Assembly (NCBI GenBank): GCA_002269645.1
Contig: NIVC01000118.1
Location: 299,413 to 363,412 of the forward strand
DNA length: 64,000 nucleotides
From: Macrostomum lignano
Lineage: Eukaryota
Direction: 5' to 3'
In this document: positions 28,476 through 41,260 of the stretch, piece after piece
Numbering within the stretch: position 1 is the first letter of the stretch
How the letters are laid out: every line of letters begins with the position of its first letter
Notes under the pieces: generated by a model
Database searches by the model: none
What the model was told of the DNA's origin: nothing
Seen by the model: only the letters and a program-made list of their open reading frames with translations
Program-made: the position numbers and the translations under genes

Positions 28476-28632
28476 ATGGACGCCACGTTCATGTGGAAGC
28501 TGTCCAAGCTGGGCCGCATCGGCTCCAGCCGGCAGCGAGTCGACGACGACTTTGCCGACCGGCTGAACTACCAGTTCTCCGGGGTGATCCTGTTCCTGTT
28601 CATCGGCCTGATCGGCATTCGGCAGTATGTTG
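28476..28632 (+). CDS. inx: Innexin B exon 1; CDS join(28476..28632,32326..32659,34037..34369,37426..37942), 446 aa
   Basis: MDATFMWKLSKLGRIGSSRQRVDDDFADRLNYQFSGVILFLFIGLIGIRQYVG. Phase-1 donor G|GTGAGT at 28633. Confidence 0.94.
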
Positions 28633-28679
28633 GTGAGTCCTGATAGCTGTCTGTGTGTGTCTGTCTATCTACGAGTATC

Positions 28680-28970
<291 letters not shown>

Positions 28971-29509
28971 ATAAATTTTTATGTCCTAGTAGGAAGCAGC
29001 CCGTAAGCAGATAAATTACGGTACTTTTATGGCACGGTTGACTTTGCATCCACGCCAGGAGTCGGCGACAGACACACGCGGGAATATGCGCAGGGACTCA
29101 GTATAAGATTACAAATATTACTACTCAAGTTCCTCGCCCGCCTCTGCTTGGCAACTCAGACAGGAAAAGATTTTCAGGCCCGATCGCAAATCCCGTCCCT
29201 CTTAAGCCGATGGCGCGGGCTGAGTTGAAGTGCGGAGCAGCTCCTCCCCCCAGCTCTGCGTGATAGACAAAAAGCTGTCACGCGATGAAGCGGGTCCCAG
29301 CATCCCATCCGATCGGACAGGCACGCCGGTGTGGCGACTCGCCTGCAGAACTTCCGGATTGTCAAAATTCGGCTTTTTTCTCTGTTCTTCTGCTATAGAA
29401 CAAAAATTAATTTTTTGAAGATTAATAGTTAATATGTTAATCTGACTTAATTATTTCTTTTGTCACTTGATCCGACTCAATCCAACTCCATCTAATCTGC
29501 TGAGTCTAT

Positions 29510-30260
29510 AGATCTCTAATTCCTTATCGACTACATCTCTAGATCTCTGATTCCTTATCAACTACATCTCTAGATATCTGATTCCTTATCGACTACATCT
29601 CTAGATCTCTGATTCCTTATCGACTACATCTCTAGATCTCTGATTCCTTATCGACTACATCTCTAGATCTCTGATTCCTTATCAACTACATCTCTAGATC
29701 TCTGATTCCTTATCAACTACATCTCTAGATATCTGATTCCTTATCAACTACATCTCTAGATCTCTAATTCCTTATCTACTAAATCTCTAGATATCTGATT
29801 CCCTATCAACTACATCTCTAGATATCTGATTCCCTATCAACTACATCTCTAGATATCTGACTCCTTATCTATTAAATCTCCAGTTCTATAGATCTATACT
29901 CTACTAGGTCTCTAGATCTCTGATCCCTTATCTACAAGATCTCTGGATTTTTGATCCCTTATCTGCTAGATCTCCAGATCGTCAGATTTCTGATCTACTA
30001 AATCTCTGGATCTCTGATCCTACTAGAACTCCAGATCTCTAGATCTCTAATCTACTAGATCTCTAGATTTGTGATCTCTTATCTGCTAGTTCTCCAAATC
30101 TCTATATCACAAGTCTACTAGATCTCTAGATGTGTGATTGACTAGATCTCTGATCCACTAGATCCCTAGATCTCTAGATCTCTAGATTTAAAATTTCTAG
30201 ATCACAGATCTACAGTACTAGATCTCTAGATATCTAATCCACTATATCCCTAGATTTTTT
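29510..30260. repeat. 31-bp minisatellite decaying to the right
   Basis: Unit TCTCTAGATCTCTGATTCCTTATCGACTACA; ~12 clean copies, then degenerate TCTAGATCTC motifs. Confidence 0.88.
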
Positions 30261-30859
30261 CAAGCTAATAGAATTTCCAGACATCTGATATACACGCAGC
30301 TTACCAGATATTGAAACCTGGATCCCCTACTCAGTCTGCCTCAGCGAGATCAATTCCCCTCTTCTCCAGTTGCAGATCCTGCACTTCCTCATCAGGCTAA
30401 GCAACCCTCCTCTCTCTCTCTGAGCTCCACTCTTTTTTACTCAATTTTTCTCTCCTGAATTCCGCTATGCAGCTTTCAATTCAGACAGCACTCTCAGCCC
30501 CCCGTGAGTTGCTTCTAATTCTTAATTTTTCCCAGCACACCCCGTAGCTTTTTCTTGGCCGGTTAGGCGGCCTTCTGCCGCACATGGGAGGAATTGTGAT
30601 GCTGCTGCAATGCTGTAATGCTGAAAAATTAATGGGGGCTGCACAGTGGGTGTTGCACGGCACCCCTTCCAGTATGAACCTCCAAGCCCCAGCTCCAGAG
30701 AGGGAGTTTTTTATCTGGATCTTTTTTGTTAGTTAAAAAATGAACCAGAAATTTTGTAGAGTGCGGCAGTGATGGCGGAAATGCTTTGAGACCATTGACG
30801 CTTGACACTTGTAAAAAAATATTAATAAATATTTAGCACCCCTCATGGCACTCCTGCCC

Positions 30860-31995
30860 CAAGTCACTCTCCCTTCATTTCACTCTCCCTTCATGTCACT
30901 CTCCCTTCATGTCACTCTCCCTTCATGTCACTCTCCCTTCATGTCACTCTCCCTTCATGTCACTCTCCCTTCATGTCACTCTCCCTTCATGTCACTCTCC
31001 CTTCATGTCACTATCCCTTCATGTCACTCTCCCTTCATGTCACTCTCCCTTCATGTCACTCTCCCTTCATGTCACTCTCCCTTCATGTCACTCTCCCTTC
31101 ATGTCACTCTCCCTTCATGTCACTCTCCCTTCATGTCACTCTTACTTCATGTCATTCTCTCTTCATGTCACTATCCCTTTATGTCACTCTCCCTGCATGT
31201 CACTGTCCCTTCATGTCACTGTCCCTTCATGTCACTGTCCCTTCATGTCACTCTCCCTTTATGTCACTCTCCTTTCATGTCACTCTCCCTTCATGTCACT
31301 ATCCCTTCATGTCACTCTCCCTTCATGTCACTATCCCTTCATGTCACTCTCCCTTCATGTCACTCTTACTTCATGTCATTCTCTCTTCATGTCACTATCC
31401 CTTTATGTCACTCTCCCTGCATGTCACTCTCCCTTCATGTCACTGTCCCTTCATGTCACTATCCCTTCATGTCACTCTCCCTTCATGTCACTCTTACTTC
31501 ATGTCATTCTCTCTTCATGTCACTATCCCTTTATGTCACTCTCCCTGCATGTCACTGTCCCTTCATGTCACTGTCCCTTCATGTCACTGTCCCTTCATGT
31601 CACTCTCCCTTTATGTCACTCTCCTTTCATGTCACTCTCCTTTCATGTCACTATCCCTTCATGTCACTCTCCCTTCATGTCACTGTCCCTTCATGACACT
31701 ATCCCTTCATGTCACTCTCCCTTCATGTCACTCTTACTTCATGTCATTCTCTCTTCATGTCACTATCCCTTTATGTCACTCTCCCTGCATGTCACTGTCC
31801 CTTCATGTCACTCTCCCTTCATGTCACTCTCCCTTCATGTCACTCTCCTTTCATGTCACTCTCCCTTCATGTCACTCTCCCTTCATGTCACTCTCCTTTC
31901 ATGTCACTCTCCCTTCATGTCACTGTCCCTTCATGTCACTCTCCCTTCATGTCACTTTCCCTTCATGTCACTCTCCCTTCAGGTCACTCTCCCTA
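30860..31995. repeat. 16-bp minisatellite in inxB intron 1, ~70 copies
   Basis: Unit CATGTCACTCTCCCTT. Confidence 0.95.
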
Positions 31996-32325
31996 CATCT
32001 CAATTCAAATTCAGTTCCGGCAAGTAACAATTGACTTAATCGTTGACTTTATTAAATTCACTTTGATAGAAATTTCCGACTCGAAATCTCATTGAATTAA
32101 TACTCGTAATTTTTTATGAGATAAAAAATTCGTTGATAAATTTGATTGATTTGATTAAATTTTCCCTGCAGCTATGGATTTCAAGCGAATAAGAGAACAA
32201 AACAAACAGCAGCTCAGGTAGAAAAGTGAGCCAATAGAGAGAAATGCATAAAAGAGTTTCGTCATAAAAATTCAGAAATTTTCCTTGACGACCAGTTCTC
32301 TTTCTCTATCCTACTCGAATCCCAG

Positions 32326-32659
32326 GCAAGCCGATCCAATGCTGGATCCCGCAAGAGTTCACCAGAGGCTGGGAGGAGTACGCCGAGAACTACTGCTGGG
32401 TGGCCAATACATACTATGCCTCCCTGGAGGCGGACCATCTTCCTGAAGAGCAGTCCAGAAGCCGCCTCACCATCACCTACTATCAGTGGGCTCCCATCGT
32501 ACTAGCTGTGCAGGCGCTCATGTTCTACATTCCCTGCCTCATCTGGCGGCTGTTCATGAACTATTCCGGTTTCAATGTTCGCCGCCTACTGCAAATGGCT
32601 GCCGACGCCAATGTGGTCATCCCTGAGGCACTTAATAAAAATGTCCGGTTCATGGCGCG
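32326..32659 (+). CDS. inx: Innexin B exon 2
   Basis: Acceptor CCCAG. Encodes KPIQCWIPQEFTRGWEEYAENYCWVANTYY...TYYQWAP...NVRFMAR. Phase-2 donor CG|GTGAGC at 32660. Confidence 0.95.
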
Positions 32660-32734
32660 GTGAGCACTGACCTTGATCCTAACCATGAACCCCTATCAAC
32701 TTTTTACTTCAGCGGAATGATTTTTAAATGCTAA

Positions 32735-33945
32735 ATCACTGCCTTGCCCAACACCCACCTCTCACTCCTTTGCCCAACACCCACCCCTCACTCCCTTGCC
32801 CAACACCCACCCCTTACTCCTTTGCCCCAGCACCCACTCCTCACTCCCTTGCCCCGACACCCACCCCTCACTCCCTTGCCCCAACACCCACCCCTCACTC
32901 CCTTGCCCAACACCCACCTCTCATTCCCTTGCCCCGACACCCACCCCTCACTCCCGTGTCCAACACCCAACCTCATTCCATTGCCCAACACCCACCCCCT
33001 CATTCCTTTGCCCAACACCCAACCCCCTCACTCCCTCACTCCCTTGCCCAACACTCAACCCCCTCACTCCCTTGCCCCAACACTCACTAGTTGGGGCTAG
33101 TTGAACCCCAACACTCATCTAGCCCTCACTCCCTTGCCCCGACACCCACCCCTCACTCCCTTGCCCCAACACCCACCCCTCACTCCCTTGCCCAACACCC
33201 ACCTCTCATTCCCTTGCCCCGACACCCACCCCTCACTCCCGTGTCCAACACCCAACCTCATTCCATTGCCCAACACCCACCCCCTCATTCCTTTGCCCAA
33301 CACCCAACCCCCTCACTCCCTCACTCCCTTGCCCAACACCCAACCCCCTCACTCCCTTGCCCCAACACTCACTAGTTGGGGCTAGTTGAACCCCAACACT
33401 CATCTAGCCCTCACTCCCTTGCCCCAAAACCCACCCCTCACTCCCTTGCCCGACACCCACCCCTCACTCCCTTGCCCAACACCCAACCCCCTCACTCCCT
33501 TGCCCCAACACTCACCCCGCACTCCCTTGCCCCAACACCACCCCTCACTCCCTTGCCCCAACACCCACCCCTCACTCCCTAGCCCCAACAACCAGCCCCA
33601 TCACTCAATGCCAAATCCACTCCTCACTCCCTTGCCCCAACACCCACTCCTCACTCCCTTGCCCCGACACCCAACCCCCTCACTCCCTTGCCCCAACACT
33701 CACCCCTCACTCCCTTGCCCAACACCCACCCCTCACTCCCTTGCCCCAACACCCACCCCTCACTCCCTTGCCCCGACACCCACCCCTCAGTCCCTTGCCC
33801 AACACCCAACCCCCTCACTCCCTTGCCCCAACACCAACCCCCTCACTCCCTTGCCCCAAACACCCAGCCCTCACTCTCTTGCCATAACACCCACCCCTCA
33901 CTCTCTTGCCATAACACCCACCCCTCACTCTCTTGCCCCGACAGC
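32735..33945. repeat. ~26-bp C-rich minisatellite filling inxB intron 2
   Basis: Unit CACCCCTCACTCCCTTGCCCAACACC; internal 285-bp block duplication. Confidence 0.92.
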
Positions 33946-34036
33946 CAGTTTGCAACCTCATTTCAACTCATTTCTTTCCAACCCTTAGCCCCCACCCATC
34001 ACACTCTAACCCAATGCGCCCCTCCCCAACCCCCAG

Positions 34037-34369
34037 GTACATGGAGGGCTGCATCTACCGCCAGCGTGAGTACAAACGCGGCCTGGGCGTCCGAGTCCGG
34101 CGCTGCCTCTCGGCCTGCAGCTGCATCTGCTGTGGCAAGCGGCACGGCAATTTCCTTGTAGTTTTGTACTTTTTCGTGAAACTGCTCTACCTTTTAAACG
34201 CGTTTGGTCAGCTCTATCTTATGGAGAAATTCGTGGGAACAACGCACACCTTCTTCGGATTCAGAGTGCTGCTGGACATTCTGCAGGGCGTGCACTGGTA
34301 CAGATCCTCCAATTTCCCCAGGGTCACCTTCTGCGACCTGCAGGCGAGAAAGATCGGAGTGAACTATCG
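34037..34369 (+). CDS. inx: Innexin B exon 3
   Basis: Acceptor CCCCAG. Encodes YMEGCIYRQR...GNFLVVLYFFVKLLY...SSNFPRVTFCDLQARKIGVNYR. Phase-2 donor CG|GTGAGT at 34370. Confidence 0.95.
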
Positions 34370-34384
34370 GTGAGTCTGCGAGTC

Positions 34385-34670
34385 CTATCTCTCATCTAAT
34401 CTAGCCTCAAGAATCTCGTCTCTCATCTAATCTTGCCTCAAGAATCTCATCTCCCATCTAATCTAGCTTCCAGAATCTCATCTCCCATCTAATCTAGTTA
34501 CCTCCTCAAATCTCATCTCCCATCTAATCTAGTTACCTCCTCAAATCTCATCTCCCATCTAATCTAGTTACCTCCTCAAATCTCATCTCCCATCTAATAT
34601 AGTCCCCTCCTCAAATCATATCTCCCATCTAATCTAGCTCCGGTAGCTCCTCTCCCATCTAGTCTGACAT
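34385..34670. repeat. 32-35-bp minisatellite just after the inxB exon 3 donor
   Basis: Unit TCTCATCTCCCATCTAATCTAGTTACCTCCTCAAA. Confidence 0.85.
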
Positions 34671-35289
34671 CTAGCCATCCAACTCGTCTCCCAATCTCAT
34701 CCCCATTACCCCATCACAGCTGCAGTCGCAAACTTGGTTAGCATTGAAGTCCAAGCATGCTTGCCGATCTCATAAAATTTGCAAGTCTACGAAGCTCTCT
34801 TCTCAAGTCGTGCGATTCTCCAAATTATGTCCCCCTATGCCCCAGGCTGGCAACTTCATCCCGTCCTGCTCCCCGGAATCCCACCCCCCCCTCCCCACTT
34901 AGAGACACTTCTTGCCCACTCTGCTTACGCATGGATGCCCCCTACTCACCAAACGGCAACAAGAGGCGGCTGCCCTTGCAAGTGCATAAACTGATGTCCA
35001 GAAAGTACATCAATCGATGCCTGCGCCTGCTCTGAATTGCAAATAAAGTACAGTGTCTGTCGGCTTGTTTTCGTAGCGAATAGAATATCTTCACTGATGC
35101 ATATTTTGCATTTTCGAGTGGCTAAACAATAAACAGCCGACTCACTGTGAGCGGGTTGGCTGAGAAAATACAAAAGCAGAGTTAAATTGGTTAGAATAAG
35201 CCGGTGAAAACTGACATGAGGAAGACTGAGAGGATGAGATTAGGATGACATTGAGATGTCTGAGAGTGAGATTAATGAAAGTGAAATGG

Positions 35290-37322
35290 TTGAGTGAGTG
35301 ACATGGGTGAGAGTGACATGGGTGACAGTGACATGGGTGAGTGACATGGGTGAGAGTCACATGAGTGAGAGTGACATAGATGAGAATGACATGGGTGAGA
35401 GTGACATGAGTGAGAGTGACATGGGTGAGAGTGAAATGGATGAGGAAGACATGGGTGACAGTGACATGGGTGAGAGTGACATGGGTGAGAGTGACATGGG
35501 TGAGAGTGACATGGATGAGGAAGACATGGGTGACAGTGACATGGGTGAGTGACATGGGTGAGTGACATGGGTGAGTGACATGGGTGAGTGACATGGGTGA
35601 GAGTCACATAAGTGAGAGTGACATCGATGAGAATGACATGGGTGAGAGTGACATGGGTGAGTGACATGGATGAGGAAGACATGGGTGAGAGTGACATGGG
35701 TGAGATAGACATGGTTGAGAGTGACATGGGTGAGTGTGACATCGGTGAGAGTGACATGAGTGAGAGTGACATGACTAAGAGTGACATGAGTGAGAGTGAC
35801 ATGGGTGAGAGTGACATGACTAAGAGTGACATGGGTGAGAGTGACATGACTAAGAGTGACATGGGTGAGGAAGACATGGGTGACAGTGACATGGGTGAGT
35901 GACATGGGTGAGTGACATGGGTGAGAGTCACATAAGTGAGAGTGACATCGATGAGAATGACATGGGTGAGAGTGACATGGGTGAGAGTGACATGGGTGAG
36001 AGTGACGTGGGTGAGAGTGACATGGGTGAGAGTGACATGGATGAGGAAGACATGGGTGACAGTGACATGGGTGAGTGACATGGGTGAGTGACATGGGTGA
36101 GTGACATGGGTGAGAGTCACATAAGTGAGAGTGACATCGATGAGAATGACATGGGTGAGAGTGACATGGGTGAGTGACATGGATGAGGAAGACATGGGTG
36201 AGAGTGACATGGGTGAGATAGACATGGTTGAGAGTGACATGGGTGAGTGTGACATCGGTGAGTGACATGAGTGAGAGTGACATGACTAAGAGTGACATGA
36301 GTGAGAGTGACATGGGTGAGAGTGACATGACTAAGAGTGACATGGGTGAGAGTGACATGACTAAGAGTGACATGGGTGAGGAAGACATGGGTGACAGTGA
36401 CATGGGTGAGTGACATGGGTGAGTGACATGGGTGAGAGTCACATAAGTGAGAGTGACATCGATGAGAATGACATGGGTGAGAGTGACATGGGTGAGTGAC
36501 ATGGATGAGGAAGACATGGGTGAGAGTGACATGGGTGAGATAGACATGGTTGAGAGTGACATGGGTGAGTGTGACATCGGTGAGAGTGACATGAGTGAGA
36601 GTGACATGACTAAGAGTGACATGGGTGAGAGTGACATGGGTGAGAGTGACATGACTAAGAGTGACATGGGTGAGAGTGACATGACTAAGAGTGACATGGG
36701 TGAGAGTGACATGACTAAGAGTGACATGGGTGAGATTGACATGGGTGAGAATGACATGGGTGAGAGTGACATGGGTGAGAGTGACATGGGTGAGAGTGAC
36801 ATGGGTGAGAGTGACATGGGTGAGAGTGACATGGGTGAGAGTGACATGGGTGAGAGTGACATGGGTGAGAGTGACATGGGTGAGAGTGACATGGGTGAGA
36901 GTGACATGGGTGAGAGTGACATGGGTGAGAGTGACATGGGTGAGAGTGACATGGGTGAGAGTGACATGGGTGAGAGTGACATGACTAAGAGTGACATGGG
37001 TGAGAGTGACATGGGTGAGAGTGACATGACTAAGAGTGACATGGGTGAGAGTGACATGGGTGAGAGTGACATGGGTGAGAGTGACATGGGTGAGAGTGAC
37101 ATGACTAAGAGTGACATGGGTGAGAGTGACATGGGTGAGAGTGACATGGGTGAGAGTGACATGGGTGAGAGTGACATGGGTGAGAGTGACATGGGTGAGA
37201 GTGACATGGGTGAGAGTGACATGGGTGAGAGTGACATGGGTGAGAGTGACATGGGTGAGAGTGACATGAGTGAGAGTGACATGGGTGGGAGTAACATGAG
37301 TAAGTGACAGGGACATGAGAGT
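35290..37322. repeat. 15-bp minisatellite in inxB intron 3, ~130 copies
   Basis: Unit GGGTGAGAGTGACAT, with 11-bp GGGTGAGTGAC(AT) variants. Confidence 0.95.
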
Positions 37323-37425
37323 GAGTTGGAGAACCTAAGTGAGACAGTAGACTTTCAAGTTAAGAATGAAAATATGACGAACCCAGACTCACCAGGCTCC
37401 CAAACCGCATTCCGAACTCCACCAG

Positions 37426-37942
37426 CTACACCCTGCAGTGCGTGCTGCCGCTGAATATGTTCCTGGAGAAGATCTACGTGTTTCTGTGGTTCTGGGTGGC
37501 CCTGGTGAGCGTCATCACAATGTCGTCCTTCGTCAGCTGGTTCTGCCGAATGGCTTTCGCCCGCCGGCGGACCGGCTTCGTGCGCAAATACCTGAAGATC
37601 ATGAACGCGCTGAAGGACACCGACAGGCTCACCAGCCGGAAATTCGTAGAAAACTATCTCCGCGTTGACGGGGTGTTCATCCTGCGACTCGTCTCTGCCA
37701 ACTGCGGCGACATTGTGGCAGGCGACCTCGCCTGCGAACTGTGGAGCATCTATCGGCACAAGCGCCTGCAGGAGCTGGAGGACACCAAGCTTGACGCCGC
37801 GGCCTGCTGCCATCACGACTTGCCACGGCACGCGACGAATAACAACACGAATGTGAACAGCTCGACTGCAGCAGCAGCAGCCGCTGTGGTGGCCAACATC
37901 GGCAACAGCAACAACAATGGCGCGGATGAGAATATCGTCTGA
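37426..37942 (+). CDS. inx: Innexin B exon 4 (terminal)
   Basis: Acceptor ACCAG. Encodes YTLQCVLPLNMFLEKIYVFLWFW...LRVDGVFILRL...ADENIV*. Joined CDS is 1341 nt and in frame. ATTAAA at 37984. Confidence 0.95.
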
Positions 37943-39140
37943 CATCTGGCTGGTGTGTGCTCAACTGTTCTCTAATCAATACTATTAAAAGTATTTCGGT
38001 AACAGTACTGAACTACTCAACCTTAAATTAATAATTAATTTTCCTGCTTTGTCTGAACGGTGAGCCGCGGGAGCTGTTTGGAAAAAATTCATTCAGGATT
38101 TTACGTCTACGAGTACTTCAAGGTTCAACTTAGTACTTTGAAAGGGCCAAAAAGCCAATTGTGTGTACTGCACTAACATAAACAGATCAATCAAGGCACC
38201 AGCAAGGAGCCATGCAGTTACATAGTACGTCGAACCCTAAGCACGCACACGCCATCAGGCACGTACATATGATGTACACACGATGCCTTATGATTGGCTC
38301 ATGTGAATCGATTTTGAAAATCAGTGCAGAGAATGGATTTTCCCATGGATGCATGTTGTAAATGTAGCATTATTAGCCATTCTGCACCCCCGAAATCATT
38401 TCCTAAGAAATATTTAATCATATATTTTTCAAGGCCTACTCAATGCGCCATTCATATTTCTGCAAAGATATATTTGCTGCATCTCTGTGAACTTTGAACT
38501 ACCTTCAAAACAGTTCCACCACTCAATCAGAAGGAGATCATTTTGTATATGTATGTATATAAATTAGAAAAAACGTTAAGTACTACTCAGTAGGCCGAAT
38601 CGGCAGTAGTAAAAACGGAATCATCACATATCTTTAGTTGAAGCACAAAACCATTGCATTCGGTTTTACCTGCAATCGATATTTTTTAAATGTTACAATT
38701 TTTAAGTCTCCAAAGCGGCTTAAGATTTTTTGAATATGTTCAATCGAAATAAAGTTTTGTTCATTTGAAAAGCGCGCATTAAATTAAAACAAAATAATGT
38801 AAAATATTTAAATATGAATTAAAACAAACCTGTCGCGCATATTATCTTGAAAGCAATGGCAAAAAATAAATGTCTATCACATGCCGTTGGTCAAGTTTTT
38901 ACAAGTTATAAGGGACATTAATACTGCACACATTTGTGACAAGGTAGCTCAAGACTGGCTAGAATTTATCTATTTGAATATAACTATTGTTACCTGTGTG
39001 TGACAAAATGCACGCACTCTACAAGACAACAGTTGCAGACTTTGACATTTACGTATCTTCGAAGCCCGTTATTTACTTGCGTGAGGTGCAGCACAGATCT
39101 GAAAAATAAGCATAATGACTGACAGGTTCGGCTGAATTTA

Positions 39141-39310
39141 CCTGAGGATCTGGGAGGCTGGCTCAGCAACTGAGGATCTGGGAGGCTGGCTCAGCAACTG
39201 GGGATCTGGGAGGCTGGCCCAGCTACTGAGGATCTGGGAGGCTGGCCCAGCAACTGAGGATCTGGGAGGCTGGCTCAGCAACTGAGGATCTGGGAGGCTG
39301 GCCCAGCAAC
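39141..39310. repeat. 28-bp minisatellite, ~6 copies
   Basis: Unit CTGAGGATCTGGGAGGCTGGCTCAGCAA. Confidence 0.92.
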
Positions 39311-40518
39311 CGAGATCTACGTGTAAGGTGGCAGCATGACAAACAATAGGTGAATCATAGGACAATAAATGTCACCAACTTACACGTCACTAACCAACCA
39401 AAGGTTTAATGCTGTTGTGATTGAAAACTTTTAAAGTAAGCTACAAATCCCACAATACATCGAGCAATAATTGATAAAATCAAAACTGTTACGAATTACT
39501 GACTCCATATAACCGGATACAGTTACTCCAACGTTGAGGAAATGGAATTGACACCACTGCACATTTAATGATAACAACTATTCACCAGGTCACCATCACC
39601 AGCGAGTGTCTCTGGTTTTTTTACCTCTAAAGCAGTTGGACTTCGTGCGTCTGTTCTGTTTAATCTGTTTGAGTTATTAATAAAATAAGAAGACAATTAA
39701 GACAATAGAACTGCAGCCAGTTGTTTCCAAAAAAATGTTCCGGGACACAGCAAAGTAGCCAACTTATTTTTTAATGTTTTAATGACGGGCCTGCTGCACC
39801 GAGTTTGTTAATAATAGTATGAATAATTAATGATAAAATATTACCACACATCACGGCCTCCTAATCATCAGAGAAGCGGAAAGCTGGGAGAATTAACGGC
39901 GGTAGATTTCAAAAGCAAAAGAATTTTTTGTCGAATGAAGCAAATTTCGTTGTTTCTTCATTTTTCAACTCACGCATGCAAACTATGCTACTTACAATTA
40001 GGCATCAAACAGTAGTACGATGAAAACGTCCCAGAAGCGCGTCTCAGAGTCTATTTGCAAGGCGTTTTATTGTTTGCGACTATGGGGCCGGACAGTCATA
40101 CCTTGTGACGCCAGCAGAGGTTATAAGAGTGCACTGTGCACTTCTTACTGGCTCGTCAGTTTCATTAATAAACAACAAAGCTTATAAATTTGGCTGTAAA
40201 CTTGTTAATTATAGAAAATAATAATAATGACACGATGCTAGGTATAGATAAATAAATTTAGATGCTCATCTGTGGATCGAATCAGGAAGTGCACACAGAT
40301 CGGGACGTCTGCGGAAGAATATGCCAAAAAGCGGCCTAATTATATGGAGCTAAACAAAAAACACACGAACGCGAATACACACAGAATATAATTTTTACGG
40401 CCTACTAATAGTAATATACTAATGAGAACTACAGAGAAAATCCAATGTCAGTCAGTATAAAATACTTTAAATAAACTGTCATATTGAATTCATATTGAGC
40501 TGCTGGCCCAGCACATCA

Positions 40519-40650
40519 TCAGCTTACTGGCAACGCTTCTTCGGATGCAGAGTTCTGCTGCTCCTGCTGTTCCTTGATCTTCTGGCCTTCTGGCTCACCT
40601 GACTCCTTGCTTGCGCCTCCGTTTGCTGCGGCGTGTTGCCCGCCTTCAGC
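40519..40650 (-). CDS. RRBP1: RRBP1-like exon 8 (terminal in the simplest model; may splice on to an exon at 40308)
   Basis: CTGCAG|AEGGQHAAANGGASKESGEPEGQKIKEQQEQQNSASEEALPVS*. Contains two internal donor-like sites. Confidence 0.65.
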   Translation of the reverse strand, partial: AEGGQHAAANGGASKESGEPEGQKIKEQQEQQNSASEEALPVS

Positions 40651-40699
40651 CTGCAGTTCAGGGCAGTTGGGATTGGGGCTTTGCATGCTCTGAAACCCC

Positions 40700-40935
40700 T
40701 ATGAGACCCCTGTCACCTGCCCTGATCACAGACTGTGAGACCCCTGTCACCTGCCCTGATCACAGACTGTGAGACCCCTGTCACCTGCCCTGATCACAGA
40801 CTGAGACCCCTGTCACCTGCCCTGATCACAGACTGTGAGACGCCTGTCACCTGCCCTGATCACAGACTCTGAGACCCCTGTCACCTGCCCTGATCACAGA
40901 CTGTGAGACCCCTGTTACTCCAGCACTGTGAGACC
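40700..40935. repeat. 34-bp minisatellite in RRBP1-like intron 7
   Basis: Unit GAGACCCCTGTCACCTGCCCTGATCACAGACTGT, ~6 copies. Confidence 0.92.
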
Positions 40936-41028
40936 GCTGTCACAGGTCCCACCACTAAGTGAGCCATTCACGCTGTTAGAACACTAAATGACCTCTACTG
41001 TTACGCAGTGAACAAACAGAAACCGCAC

Positions 41029-41103
41029 CTGTTGCAGGCGATCCAGCAAGCCCTGCGACTTGGCCCTCTCCTCGGATAGCTCAGTTTCCATGCGAGTTCG
41101 AAT
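41029..41103 (-). CDS. RRBP1: RRBP1-like exon 7
   Basis: TTCCAAG|IRTRMETELSEERAKSQGLLDRLQQ|GTGCGG; 75 nt, phase 0/0. Confidence 0.8.
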
Positions 41104-41188
41104 CTTGGAAGAAATCAGTTAAACACGACAATGCAACACGCTATGAAGCAGGAATAAACAAATAAAGTTCAATAGCAAAAGCACAAAC

Positions 41189-41260
41189 CTCGGCATCCTT
41201 CTCCCGCTCTGCACTGACAGCCTGCAGCTGATTCTTCAACTCGGCTAGCTCTCGTTCAAT
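41189..41260 (-). CDS. RRBP1: RRBP1-like exon 6
   Basis: TTTGCAG|IERELAELKNQLQAVSAEREKDAE|GTTTGT; 72 nt, phase 0/0. Confidence 0.8.

Noticed and set aside
35272-37316. GESDM acidic-repeat ORF and VTLTH/MSLSP ORFs
   Set aside because: Products of the intronic 15-bp satellite in inxB intron 3; open in several frames.
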